From Haliotis rufescens (taxonomy: Eukaryota), in NCBI RefSeq assembly GCF_023055435.1, contig NW_025963779.1:11160001-11224000 (forward strand): 64,000 bases of DNA, given 5' to 3'. Below the pieces are notes generated by a model. That model was given only the letters and a program-made list of their open reading frames with translations. It was not told the DNA's origin and searched no databases. The position numbers and the translations under genes were made by a program. This document shows positions 52,059-64,000 of this stretch, piece by piece. Each line of letters opens with the position of its first letter. The first letter of the stretch is position 1.

Positions 52059-54396
52059 CAATAACAAGTGTCAATCCGTGAAGATCTTATTAGAATTGGT
52101 CTTCAGCAACCGATTCTTATAACAGGATGGGGTGGTCAGACGAGCTGATTGGTTGTTGCATGTTAGTGTGGATCGATGCTCATTCACTGGATTGTCTGGC
52201 CCAGACTAGATTATTTAGACTGTTGTCATATATAGCTAGAATACTGTTGAGTGTGACCTAAACAACAAACGAAAAATGTAGGCTGACACATGGCAGTCAG
52301 TGTTGTGTACTTTGTGTGGCTGGTGTGGCAGGTACCAGGTGTCACATCCTTATCATGATGCATATTGGACAATCTTATGCAAGGTGTGTCACATCAAGCA
52401 AATATGACATACACTAATCAGGATATAAAGGGGCATCAAGCTGATATTGTTCGCTGTAATTTGAAGTTTGTTTTCACACACAGACTGTATGGGCTGTTCT
52501 CATTGCCTGCCAAGAAAGTTCAACTTTAGATTGGCACATCAACAAAACAAAAAATGGAATGTGAGTGAATGTTGTTTATCACATACTGAATGAGTGAGTG
52601 AGTGAGTGAGTTGGGTTTAAAACCACTTTTAACAGTATTCCAGTTATATCGCGGTGTGTCAGCTTAATGTTGGAGGAAGGCCCAAAGTGATGCAGGTCTC
52701 AGACGTTTACCACTTCAGTGAAACCCACGTGATGGGAATGGTGCTGACAAACCTAGAAACATAATCGGGGCGAACCAGGATTTGAACCCACAATCATAGG
52801 TTTCTGGCGTGCCCAATGGACGCAACCTTGCACAGCAAATCGTGGTGCCTTTGACTGGGCCACCCGTGCCCGTTTATCACACACTGAGCCATATTCCAGC
52901 TATAACAATCAAGTCTGGACCAGGTAAATCATTGAAAGCACAAGCAATGATTCACACCACACACAATCAGCCAAGCAACGTGTGTGGGTGTGCATGCATG
53001 CTTGTTTTTGTTGCTAGAACAATAGCCTGAAAATCATCGAGTCTGGACCAGACAATCCAGTGATTGATATTGTGTGCAACAATCCACATTGTCAGTGTAT
53101 GATGACATGCCATCAAGCAAGTCTGACCACCTGATCCACTAGGTCACCTGTCACAACCAGCATAGGCAGCTGTCGACCAGCTCTAACCCGGAATCACTGC
53201 AGGGGCCATAGTGTGAAAGTCAAGAGTGGAAAATCAAATTAAATGTTGCTATGAGACTTGGTTAGTCAGAAACAGATTATTTCCCCCTAATGTATAAGAA
53301 AACAGCATGAACCTTAACAAACAAGGCAGCCAATTCCCATGAAGGCCATTCTTCACTTGATCAGCAGTAGGCCCACAAGAATTTATCAAACAAAACATGG
53401 AAGACATACTTTCTACTGCCTTTCAAAATTTCAGATGCTGAAACAGTAAAAGCTAATTTTTACATTATTTTTTGTTGGTAGTTGAGACTATTTCTTTACT
53501 TGTTTCTGTGCCTTGAGAACCATTAGTCAGAACAAACAATTTAACAAATATAACTGATAATGTTTATTTGTAGACATGTCAAATAAATATACACCTGGAA
53601 TGCAGTCATTCATAGACACAAATTTCTCACTCTAAAATCTCCAACAAACAATTGCACTCTACGATCTGAAATTGACAGTAACCATGGTAACTGAAAAATG
53701 TGACTAATGACATACACTCACTCCTTGATCAGCAAATTACAGTAATTTCATAATCATTTGCTGCTTGATTCCTGCATGATTCCTGCATGGTTTCAATGCA
53801 TTCTCTTAACCAACCACAACAGTAAATATCTACAACATACATGTTTGATTATTATAGTCAGTGCAGATGCCCTAAATTTCCTTAACTATATCGAAAGTGA
53901 GTTACTCCTTTCCTCATACAGGAATAATTCCTGATAAAACTTTCATATCACAAACAAAGATGAATATTGATGCAGGTTGTGGAACACCATCTGGATATTG
54001 TCCCTGCCTACAATGAGTGATCAGAGTATACATTTTAACAAACTATGAAACACAAATACATGGGCACCTTTGGATGTGCAGCAAGGCTGACTTGTCGACC
54101 ACCATAGATGGTGGTTGGAACACGATGATTCCGGACTATCTGAGGAAAGGGCAAGGGTGCCTCTCACTTCCTACAACCAATCCTTTGAAGGATTTACAAT
54201 TCTGACCAAAGATAAAAATGTCAATTCAATAAATTTCTGAATAAGATTTCCATGTGTGTTTGATCCAAAATGTAGTAAACAATATAGGAAAGAGTAACTT
54301 GGACCTTATTTTGTGGAAATAAAAAGATACGACGACTTCATCCTTCCCTATTCCTTATAGACAACCTAGATAATCTAGAACGGATAAGATGAACAT

Positions 54397-57300
54397 CTAG
54401 CGAACAAGTGGGGTTTGTTTAAGCTGCAGCAACATGGAGCGCATTCTGGACACATCTTTTGTGGACTTCACGTTCTTGGGGTTGAACTCACACAACCGAC
54501 ATATTTTCTCCCACTGAGCTCCAGGGATGGACTCATCACGTTCCTTGATGAAAGCAGTCTCGGCAGCTCTGAAAAATAGTGAGTGAGAGTGAATATTCTT
54601 CTCAAATACATATTAGGTTTTAGAAATGAAAAACAGCAGTCCAAGATTGGGCTAGACAGTCTTCCCCACGAACGTACATGTTACACAAAGCACCATTCTG
54701 AAATACACTATGGATTAGTTGGATTTAACCTGATGTCATGCCATGAGATATCCGGGAGGGGTCAGAACAAATGTGCACAAGGTTTCTGTGCCACAGGCAA
54801 ATTGATAATCCTTTATACACTTATCTATACTCAAAAGAGGTTAAAGAACAAGTCAGGTGTTCAAGAACTTCTTTTAAGTGGCATATAATAGTCTATAAGA
54901 GTCTTGCAGTTTAAGTGACGGAGTGAGTAGGGTGATGACAAAATTGCATGCTCCTAAGGCACAGGAATGAGCATTACAGAATACTGAATAAAAAAAATAG
55001 TGTCAGAGATGTTTCCTCAACATGGTATCCTACTGTGAAGAAAGTGAGTGAGTTGGGTTTAACGCCGTTTTTAACAGTATTCCAGTTATATTGTGGTGTG
55101 TCAGCTTAATGTGGGAGGAAAGCCTGAAGTGATGCAGGTCTCAGACGTTTACCACTTCGGTGAAACCCACGAGCACGGGTATGGTGCTGACAAACCTAGA
55201 AACATAATCGGGGCGAACCGTGATTCGAACCCACAATCATAGGTTTCTGGTGTGCCCAAGGGACGCAACTCTGCACAGCGAATCGCGGCGCCTTAGACGA
55301 CAGGGCCACCCGTGCCCCCGTGAAGAAAGAGAATCTTGAATGGGAATATTTGAAATGCATAACATACATTGATGAAATGGGGTTATACATCGCGTTCAAG
55401 ATTGTTTCACTTATACAGTGACATGCATGCACATGTGTGTGGCTGCTTGCAACAGTCCAGACTAATACCGATATTTAGTGCAAGCCCACTGAGACACCAT
55501 GCCGCAGTTTAACATGAATACCCCACCCAGACACCTTATACGGACTTCGAGCTGACCAGTCATTGTTTTAGCCCCTTAATGTCGAACACCAGGCGGGGTA
55601 ACAACAAGTACCATCTATTAACGTCTTTTGGTATGACGCAGCCCCAAACCTCCACTCTCTGGGCAGGCGCTCTATCCACTAGACCACAGAGGCAGTCCAG
55701 ATGTGAATGATGAATTGCTAGATGTGTATTTGTTCAGCTCTACCTGTTGTTCTCCTTGGCCTTCTCCAGCTGTTCAGCATGATGCTTGTACCAGTCCTCG
55801 AGTTCCTTCCTGGCCACATCGTGCCAATCCCCCTTCTTCTGCTCCTCTTCCACATCTGAATTTCAACATGCAGTAGTTACTTTCCCAGCTTTCAACCTGG
55901 CCAAAGCTCTAACCACTAGGCTACCCAACAGACCTCTTCACACAATTAGAAGTTTCTTATTTTCAACAGAGTGCTTAAATAAGCATAGGTTTTTTATTAC
56001 TTTGGAGAGTGATGATTAACAATACTGGTAAGACATGTAACTATATCATACACATTTGCCTTTCACAAATTGGGATACTGAGCAGCACTAATTTTACCAC
56101 CCTTATCACTGTTATTGTTAATAGAAAGGTATACCTTTTAAAATCATGTTTTGTTTGTTGTTTAACGTCTCACTCAGCAATATTCCAGCTATATGACGCG
56201 GTCGGTAAATAATCGAGTCTGGATCAGACAATCCAGCGATTGCCATCATGAGCAACAATCCACGCAATTGGGATGACATACATCAACCAAGTCAGCGAGC
56301 CTGACCAACTGATCCTGTAAGTCGCCTCTTACGACAAGCATAGTCGCCTTTTACGGTATGCATGGGTTGCTTAAGACCTATTCTACCCCGAATCTTCATG
56401 GGTTTTTAAATTATGATTTCAGCTGCTGGTTGCCATCTCTCTGTGCATATGCTGTATCACCTTAAACAAAGTCACACAAAAGACACACCTTTTTTCTCTA
56501 ATCTATTTTTCTGTTCCTCTCTCCAAAGTTTGATCTGTTCAGGCTCAGCTCTTTCTGTGTCTACCTGCGAGATGGCAGAATAAGCGTCCGATGGGCCATT
56601 GGTCTGCAAAATCAACCAAACCAAATAATTATCCACTTGTCCAAGTGTGTCGGGAGCAACACGATAAGCATCCTGACCTGTCAGTTCTCAACAGCTTATA
56701 ATTACTTTCTAGTTCATTAGCAGTTGAAAGTCATGGTACAAGACGCTGTGGTCATGCTGTGTCTACAGCCTATTTTTCAATGGAAAGCAGGTCCACTTTT
56801 GACTTGCTTGAAATATCAATAGAGTTCACTGCTGTATTTTGGACCAAAATAGCCTTCCAGTTCCACAAGGCTAACATCAGTGTCAACCATTGTCAACAAG
56901 GCAGGTTCCAGTATCCTTGAAGTGTTTGGCTTAGGGAGTTTCAACATCAGGTTTTTGACAAGTATGCTGTGATTGTCCCTAATCATAAGAACTAACAACT
57001 GATTGATGGCATGAATTAATGTTAAAGAAAATAAATTAGTAACACGTTAAAAGAAAATAAATTAGTAACACGTTATCATTGATCAACAAAACACCATATG
57101 AAGTTGTGTACAAAGTAAATAATCAAACCACAACATGTAAAACAACATGTTACACCGTGTACATTATGTATATCATTAACAACATGCGTCAAATGTGCAG
57201 ATTTCAAACAACGAGCTTGCAACAAACTGAAACACAAAGAGCACAGATCACAAACAAGGAAAGCAACAGTCAAGCAACATGGAAGTGTTCATACGCAGAT

Positions 57301-60300
57301 CAGCCTTTGAAATTCACACAATTCTGCTAGCCTGAAATTACTAAATTGTGCTGAAGACAAGCAAAAATTCAATGTTGGTAGTCCTCACTGACTGGTTGCA
57401 TTTGTGGGCTATAATTCTTAACCAGTTCTCAATTCTTCCATTTTGCCACAAAATAGAACTGAATAAAACTGACAGTAAATGAAAATAGCAAATATTTTTG
57501 TCTTGTTCAAGCAGGACTAGTTACAAACTTTAAGGACAAGGAAAGAAGGTTTACATCAATCCTCTGGACTAGTCTTAAAGAATGATGAATTTCTAAGTCT
57601 GTGGATCTGTCGTCAAGATAGGGAGTTAGTATTTTTGTTATGCCAGTCGTCACATTTACAGGACCTCCAAACAGGGCCTGGGCAATCTGCTCAGTAGTGT
57701 AAGCAATGCACACACACACAGGGCAATACTGCAGATCCACCTTGCTCTCAGGTATCCATGGTGATGTTAACATGTTTAAAAAGTGGAACAATTTAGGACT
57801 TTCCAAACGATGGATCCAATATATATTATCTCCCCATTCAATGTGTAGAGGTAAGAACAATTTACAGAAAAACTAGAATTTAATTACAACATCTTCTACA
57901 CCATGTTCCAGTGCAATGGAGGGTCTCTGTCAGAACTTCATCATGTTGTATACACTACTTCCCTCCATCATAAAGTATTGACAAGGAATGGAGGATGTCA
58001 CCAATGTCATGTTCTGCTGAACATCAGAGCTCCAGATAAGCTTCATATTTGTGTAAAATACACAAAATAAATCACCATTACCCCAGTAATTTTGAGTTGC
58101 TTACATACAAATACACATGACAAATTAAAAAACAACAATACCATAACAAAAATCTGTGAGTCTGGGTAATAATATATCACACAATGCATCCATGAAATTT
58201 ACTGTAGTGAATAAAGCATAAAAAGGTGATACGTCCTGCTTATTGTTAATCACTGGTGTGAGATTATGACATGCTGCACACTTGTGCCAGCACATGAACA
58301 GATACAATTTTGTCACATGAAACAGCAATTTAAGCAGAATCATTTTACCAGTGTCCACTCGTTGGTGTTAGAATACCCAGTAGACAGGATCCAAGGGAGT
58401 AAAAGCACTGAATACCCAAAGAAAACTTACCAAAACCCAATGTGAATGATGACATGTGAGTAAATGTAAAAACATTATCTGGAGCCCTGTGAATATTGGT
58501 TTAGGATTATGCTTGTAGATGAAAAGGATGTGAATGATTGAGGTGTAGCGCTTCCACGTGCACTACACAGAAAAGTGTTTGGAACATTATTGCTTCTGCA
58601 TGGAGTTCCCAAATGAAGGTTAGTTCAAACTCAATGTCATCAGTTTGACAGCGCTGTCACCAGTCCGTGCCAATAACCAATGGCCCAAAGCTTGCAGTCA
58701 GGCTTGTAATCAAGGACAACAACTGAATATCTTGGTCTGATGTATGTTCATAACATCAGTTTCACTTCTAATAACATCATGCTTACGACATGCATAATGT
58801 TTTCTCTCTAAATTTCCTAAAAAAACAAACAATCTTGATCATCGATGTCCAAAGTTGCTCTTAACAAGTTTGAAGATTCCTTTCAGAATACTGTCACTAT
58901 TATTTCAAAATACAAACACTTGGGCAACATGGGGAAAACCAGTATTAACTGTTCAACAAATGATAACCATGATAACCGGTTAGTTTTAAATGCAATGGAA
59001 ACACAGGGAGTGAGGTGGCAGGGATGTAATACAAACTGCTCACTGCCGGTACAGATTGTTCAGGGGCTGACTGTTCATTGACCAATGGTGGAGCAGCATC
59101 CATGTCCAGCAGGCCTCCAGAAGGCTCTACTGACCCCATATCAAGGAGTCCGTCTCCCAAGGAGTTGTCTCCCCCTACCATCTCAAACCCACCACCTTGA
59201 CCACCACCAAACAGATCATTCTGAAACAACCAGGTCATGTCTTACATCTACTGAGTTGGTACTTTCTAAACTGGGATAAGGGTTCATGGGATGGTGGAGA
59301 TGTGTCTGAACAATGCTGTATGCATCAAGAGTTTGAAGATGTCACTATGGTCATAACCGTTTCCCACAAGGACAGAGACTGAGAGAGGACCTTCTATATA
59401 AAAGCATGTCAAGAAAAAAGACAAAGATTCAGCTCTCAGCAGCTGATTCAAAGATATCTGCATGGAAGAAACTGGATGAAAATAGTTAGGAAATAAGAAA
59501 CGAGTAAGGCAAAACCAAATGCCACTGTACATATTAGCTAATTAATTTTCTACAATTTCATAAAAAATAAATGTTTTACTCTGATAGCTCTCTGCACTCA
59601 GAAATGACAGGAGGTATGAAATTCCCACAACAATATTGGTGCCACAATACTTTCTACGTTTAGAACTTGTTGATTTTGTTCATTTTGGAGATACGGAAAT
59701 CAGATATACCATGTATACTGGTTTGAATGCTTCACTCACTCATACCAAGAATTTAGAGTGAGTGAGTGAGTATGGTTTTACGCCGCTTTTAGCAATATTC
59801 CAGCAATATCACGGCGGGGGACACCAGAAATGGGCTTCACACATTGTACCCATGTTGGGAATCGAACCCGGGTCTTCGGCGTGACGAGCAAACGCTTTAA
59901 CCACTAGGCTACCCGACCGCCCCCCAAGAATTTAGAAGCCTCGATGATGATTGGCCGATTAGAAAGATGGAAGCGTCCTCAGATCTCCAGGTAGAGAGCT
60001 ATCATATCGGAGTAAAACATCGGATTTTAATGAGACTGTGATTTCTACTGAAGCAAAGCAATACATGAATAGTGTAAAGCTCCAGTAATTCATACAGAAC
60101 CATCATCATAAAATCCACCTGGATTAACAACCTCTGGAATAATGAGCCATGGGTAGGCAATAATGTCCATTTGTATTTAAAATGTTATATTGACGCTCTC
60201 AACAAACAATCATGGCAGTCTGTCGAGTTAGTGCTTTCACTGACTTTAAGCAGATCTTAATTCTATCATCATTATCTTACAGATAAATTTTATTTACTGT

Positions 60301-62878
60301 TTTCAGAAACAAATACTTTTTATGACAGCAGTTTCTTCTGATATCCTTATGCGTAACTGTCAATAATTTTAATGATTATGTTTGTAATCCTTCCCCCAAA
60401 TCAGTAGCACATGTATCACATACAAAACATACACACTGTTAGGACATCCCACTGTCTTCCATATATGTAGAACTACTGGACAGACACTACAAGAAACAGA
60501 CTACAGTGTAGAACTAAACCAACTCACTGCAAACTCATCATCAACATCATCATCTTCTTCTTCCTATAGCATGACAAATAACAAAGTCAAGCATGGGATA
60601 TTGTACAACAATCATAACCATGCAGGAAGCTAGGTTTCTACCATAATTCATGCAGCACACAGCACAATATCCAATACAATAGTTATACATATTGGTGTAC
60701 CATGCATTGAGATCAAAGTACTGTGCATAATGTCACTAATAATTACCATAATAATTTGAAATGTCCGTTACTGTATCCAGATAATGAGTTTTCCTACTTC
60801 ACCAAACTTTACCAACATTAAAATGCCAGATGAAGGAAACAGCTGTTAGGTTTGCCTTTCTACCTTGTGTTTGTTTTTGTTCTGTTTGTTGTTTCATGCA
60901 GCACTCAGCAATATTCCAGCTATATGACTGCAGCCAGTAAATCCAGTGGTCATAATCGTGAGCAACAATCCATGCCGCTGGGGTACGAAGACACACAATC
61001 AACTAAGTCACTGATTCTGACAACCTTACAAGTCGCCTTTCATGATCAGCATAGGTTGCTGGGGAGCAATTCTTACCCTGCATCCCCCATCCCCATGTGA
61101 TTCATAGCTAGTGAAGTTATTATGACATAATACATTACTTATGCTCATTGTTTTTACAGGTTTGACATTCTTTAAAGATAAACAAGTAAATGAATAGACA
61201 GCAATATGAAAATATCCTACTTCAATCATGTTAGTATTGCAAAACACAGTAAAAAAAAAAACACATTTCAAAAAGATGTGTCTAAAGGATTAGCTAAAGT
61301 ATTACCTGAGCTGCAGGCTCTGTGGCTTGACTGCCAAAAGCATCAAAGTCACCTGGAACAATAAAATGAGTTGATAAGAAAAAACATATTTCAAAAATGA
61401 AAACAGTTTATGCAAAGTTGACAGAAGAAAAGTACATAACTCAATTATCGATATGATTCTAAAAATACCTGTCTGATATGTTGAACGCTTTATACCATTC
61501 AATTTTTCAGTACTCGTGTTAATATCATAAAGGCGAGTGAGAAAGGTGCAGAAAGAGAGGGAAGTAAGTTAATGTGAAATGGTGGAGGAATGTGGATTCA
61601 GATACTAATATCTTTCTTACTGGACCGCCTCCGTGGTCTAGTGGTAGAGCGTCCGCCCGGAGAGCGGAAGGTCATGTGTTCGATCCCTGGCCGCGTCATA
61701 TCGAAAGACGTTAAAAGATGGTACTTGTTGTTACCCTGTCTGGCGCTCGGCATTAAGGGGCTAAAACAAGGACTGGTCGGCTCGGAGTCAGTATACTGTG
61801 TCTGATTGGGGTATCCATGTTAAACTGTGGCATGGTATCTCAGTGGGCTAGCACTATAAATCGGCATCAGTCCGGACTAGTACAAGCAGCCACACACACA
61901 CACATGCATGCACGTCGCTATATAAGTGCAATAATCTTGGACGTGACGTTAAACCCAATTTCAGCTCATCTCTTTCTTACTGTATCATGGTAGGTGGCTT
62001 GTATATCAGATTTGAATAGAATAATATGAACATTGTTGAGGCATAGTTTGTAGAGTTCAGGATGATAGAATCTGAGCTATCTACTGTCAGTTTTTGAGAA
62101 CACGATATGCTATGAATAGAATTTGAACTGAAGGAGTTTGCTGAGTTCAAGCTTGTGTAGCACCATAATTTCCGGCCACCTTTTTCTGTTTACCTCAGCG
62201 GCAAATCTTACGTTTGAGATTTCATGGATGTTTTAAAATAAATATGAGGTAAGGTGACCACAGATGAACATGATTGTGTAGCCTATGGTTGGTTTAGCAA
62301 GTTCGAATAGGTTGAAAGATCTGGAAATGAGTTACAATCACATTTCATGCGATATCGAGCTGTGATTCGAACAGAGTGTGAAATCTTGAATAAGAACCAA
62401 TATGGCGGGTGTCATTCCTTGTCTATATGTATAGAGAGGGGTGTGATTTTTTTAATACGAATATATTATGCTATACACGCTATTCATCGAGTTCCTGTGT
62501 TTCAGTCCACTTGTCCTTATAGTGATAACATATAGCAAACCCTTTCAGATGGCAAATTTCTCCTAGTCCTTATGATACCTTAACTATTGGGCAGTTTGGC
62601 AAGGACTATAGGACCAGTGAAATGTCTAAGGCTGGTTGTACAAATGCAGCGACCGTCGTAAAAATAAGGCCTAGGGTGGGGGCGTGGAGAAAATATGGGT
62701 GGTTTCGAATAAGAAAATAACCCTTTCACTGCATACCTCCCCCTGGCTGTGCCGAGCTATCTCCTGCGAAGTTATCATCTTCCAATCCTGCAAGTTCCGT
62801 TTGTTCTCTTGCAAGAAATTCCGCTGCAGGATCTTCCTCTGCGGTATTAGCACCCTCGAAATTGTCAAAATCTGCCAT
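54397..62878 (-). CDS. CLTA: Clathrin light chain, 7 exons: 62737-62878, 61306-61352, 60528-60563, 59044-59220, 56489-56603, 55744-55855, 54397-54568; 266 aa with all exons
   Basis: Consensus EEDPAAEFLAREQTELAGLEDD, EPEQIKLWREEQ, ARKELEDWY, WEKICRLCEFNPK...KDVSRMRSMLLQLKQ. Phases 1,0,0,0,1,2 are consistent. Invertebrates usually have one gene co-orthologous to CLTA/CLTB. Confidence 0.93.
61623..61972 (+). mobile_element. SINE family C, full length (tRNA head plus Meta/MESC-like core)
   Basis: A box TGGTCTAGTGG, B box GTTCGATCC, core cgcgtcata...aaagatggtacttgttgttaccctgtctggcgctcggcattaagggg, TSD tctttcttactg. Confidence 0.85.
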
Positions 62879-62903
62879 CTTTCTCTCGCTTGCAACCCGG
62901 CAA

Positions 62904-62911
62904 TGACGTCA
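62904..62911. promoter_or_regulatory. Palindromic CRE (TGACGTCA) in the shared CLT / downstream-gene promoter
   Basis: Perfect 8-mer 26 nt upstream of the clathrin light chain ATG. Confidence 0.5.
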
Positions 62912-63254
62912 GAAAGGGAAGTGCGTGACATGCAGCTTCGCAAAACAATTTTTTCGATTGGTCACTATTTTTAGAACTAACTTGATGTTCAACAATATAT
63001 TTAACATGGTTATTTCAGTTATCAAAAGGTATATATTCATAATGGACAACAATATCGATCTCATTAATATATAAAAGATACTTGGAGTGTCAAAAATGCT
63101 AATATATCCAATTTAAGTTATTTTACAATACAAAATTATCATAAAATGCACAGAGGACATCACGACTACCAAAACAAAAACAAGTTGGCGTGGCGTCAAC
63201 ATTGTGATGACATTTACTAAATATACGCTTTAGCTCAGGTGTCTGAAACTCAAA

Positions 63255-63488
63255 ATGGAACACATACCTGAGACTCAGGTAATGTCTGAAGGCATGGAGC
63301 AGAATAACAACAACTCAAGAAATGTCAGTCGCAAACGGTTGGTCAGAAAAAGGTCATTTTTGGATGCCCTTACAGAGAAATACTGCGTTAATATGAATGA
63401 TGATAATTATGAGTTCGTGCACATCGTGATCACAGGTAAACCACGCAACAATGGAACAGACGCTGAACTCGCACATCTGAGAAATGTC
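63255..63488 (+). CDS. Probable first coding exon of an unidentified gene (weak resemblance to the TEX47-like N-terminus)
   Basis: aaaATGG Kozak context, 78 codons ending at a phase-0 GTAAGT donor, head-to-head with CLT. Confidence 0.5.
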
Positions 63489-64000
63489 GTAAGTAGAATT
63501 TTTATTTATGAATGTATCAAAGCATCATCTGTCCACAGAAAGTTATTAATGCCATGTCATGGCACATATAGTTGCGTGCAATCCCACTTGTCGGTTATTT
63601 CCTGGTAGACTAGCCATATTTTTTGCCCAATTTTTTGTTGTTCGTACAAAAATCATTTGTATAGTGGTGCGAAAATTGAACATTTTGTTTAGATAGTTTG
63701 TGTGGATGAATGATAATTAACACTAGGTTAAAATATTATTTTAATTTATTGATTCACTTAGAATGTCATTTAGTAGGGGAAAGATGTTTATCATATCAAC
63801 ATGTAATCATAAAAAAGAATCCTGCATTCTTGAAAGTAAATGATTCATTATGTTTTTAACAACATAGTTAACCACCTGTGCTTTTTTTCTTTCATTTGTC
63901 ATTTAGGTTTATAATAACATCACTAAAATTGGCTACGTAACTGTTTTATTTTACACAGAAATATAATAGTATAAATATATAATAATATAATGATACATTA

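Noticed and set aside
56816-58030. Extra clathrin light chain exons (ORFs 56816-56998, 57507-57860)
   Set aside because: No phase-compatible acceptor/donor pair without stops; no family similarity.
59755-59925. tRNA genes at family A/C/D heads
   Set aside because: Each continues into a SINE body, tail and TSD; acceptor stems are incomplete.

Overview
Eukaryotic, AT-rich, intron-containing animal DNA. The repeat content and receptor family suggest a mollusc, plausibly a vetigastropod such as abalone (inference). Left part (1-15.1 kb): three minus-strand, single-coding-exon class A peptide-receptor-like GPCRs; two are near-identical copies from a very recent ~12.26 kb duplication whose breakpoint can be placed at 2833/2834. 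Then FAM8A1 (+, 6 exons) converges on PDIA6 (-, 12 exons, 2x WCGHC, KDEL, perfect ERSE in the promoter). After a 134-N gap come a clathrin light chain gene (-, 7 exons, including an acidic 36-nt micro-exon) and, head-to-head with it, the first exon of an unidentified gene. Non-coding space holds four SINE families sharing one LINE-type tail, several MITEs, a Helentron/HINE-type element with a 156-bp satellite, a Penelope-like RT remnant and four minisatellites. Most notable: a 1.39-kb structurally complete mini-DIRS just downstream of the FAM8A1 stop, a SINE family whose head is a compact pseudoknot-capable fold rather than a tRNA, and a minisatellite made of amplified Pol III A-boxes next to a PDIA6 splice donor. 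All long repeat-derived ORFs in the track are rejected as non-coding. Exon models were built by hand from splice signals and phase; there is no expression evidence.
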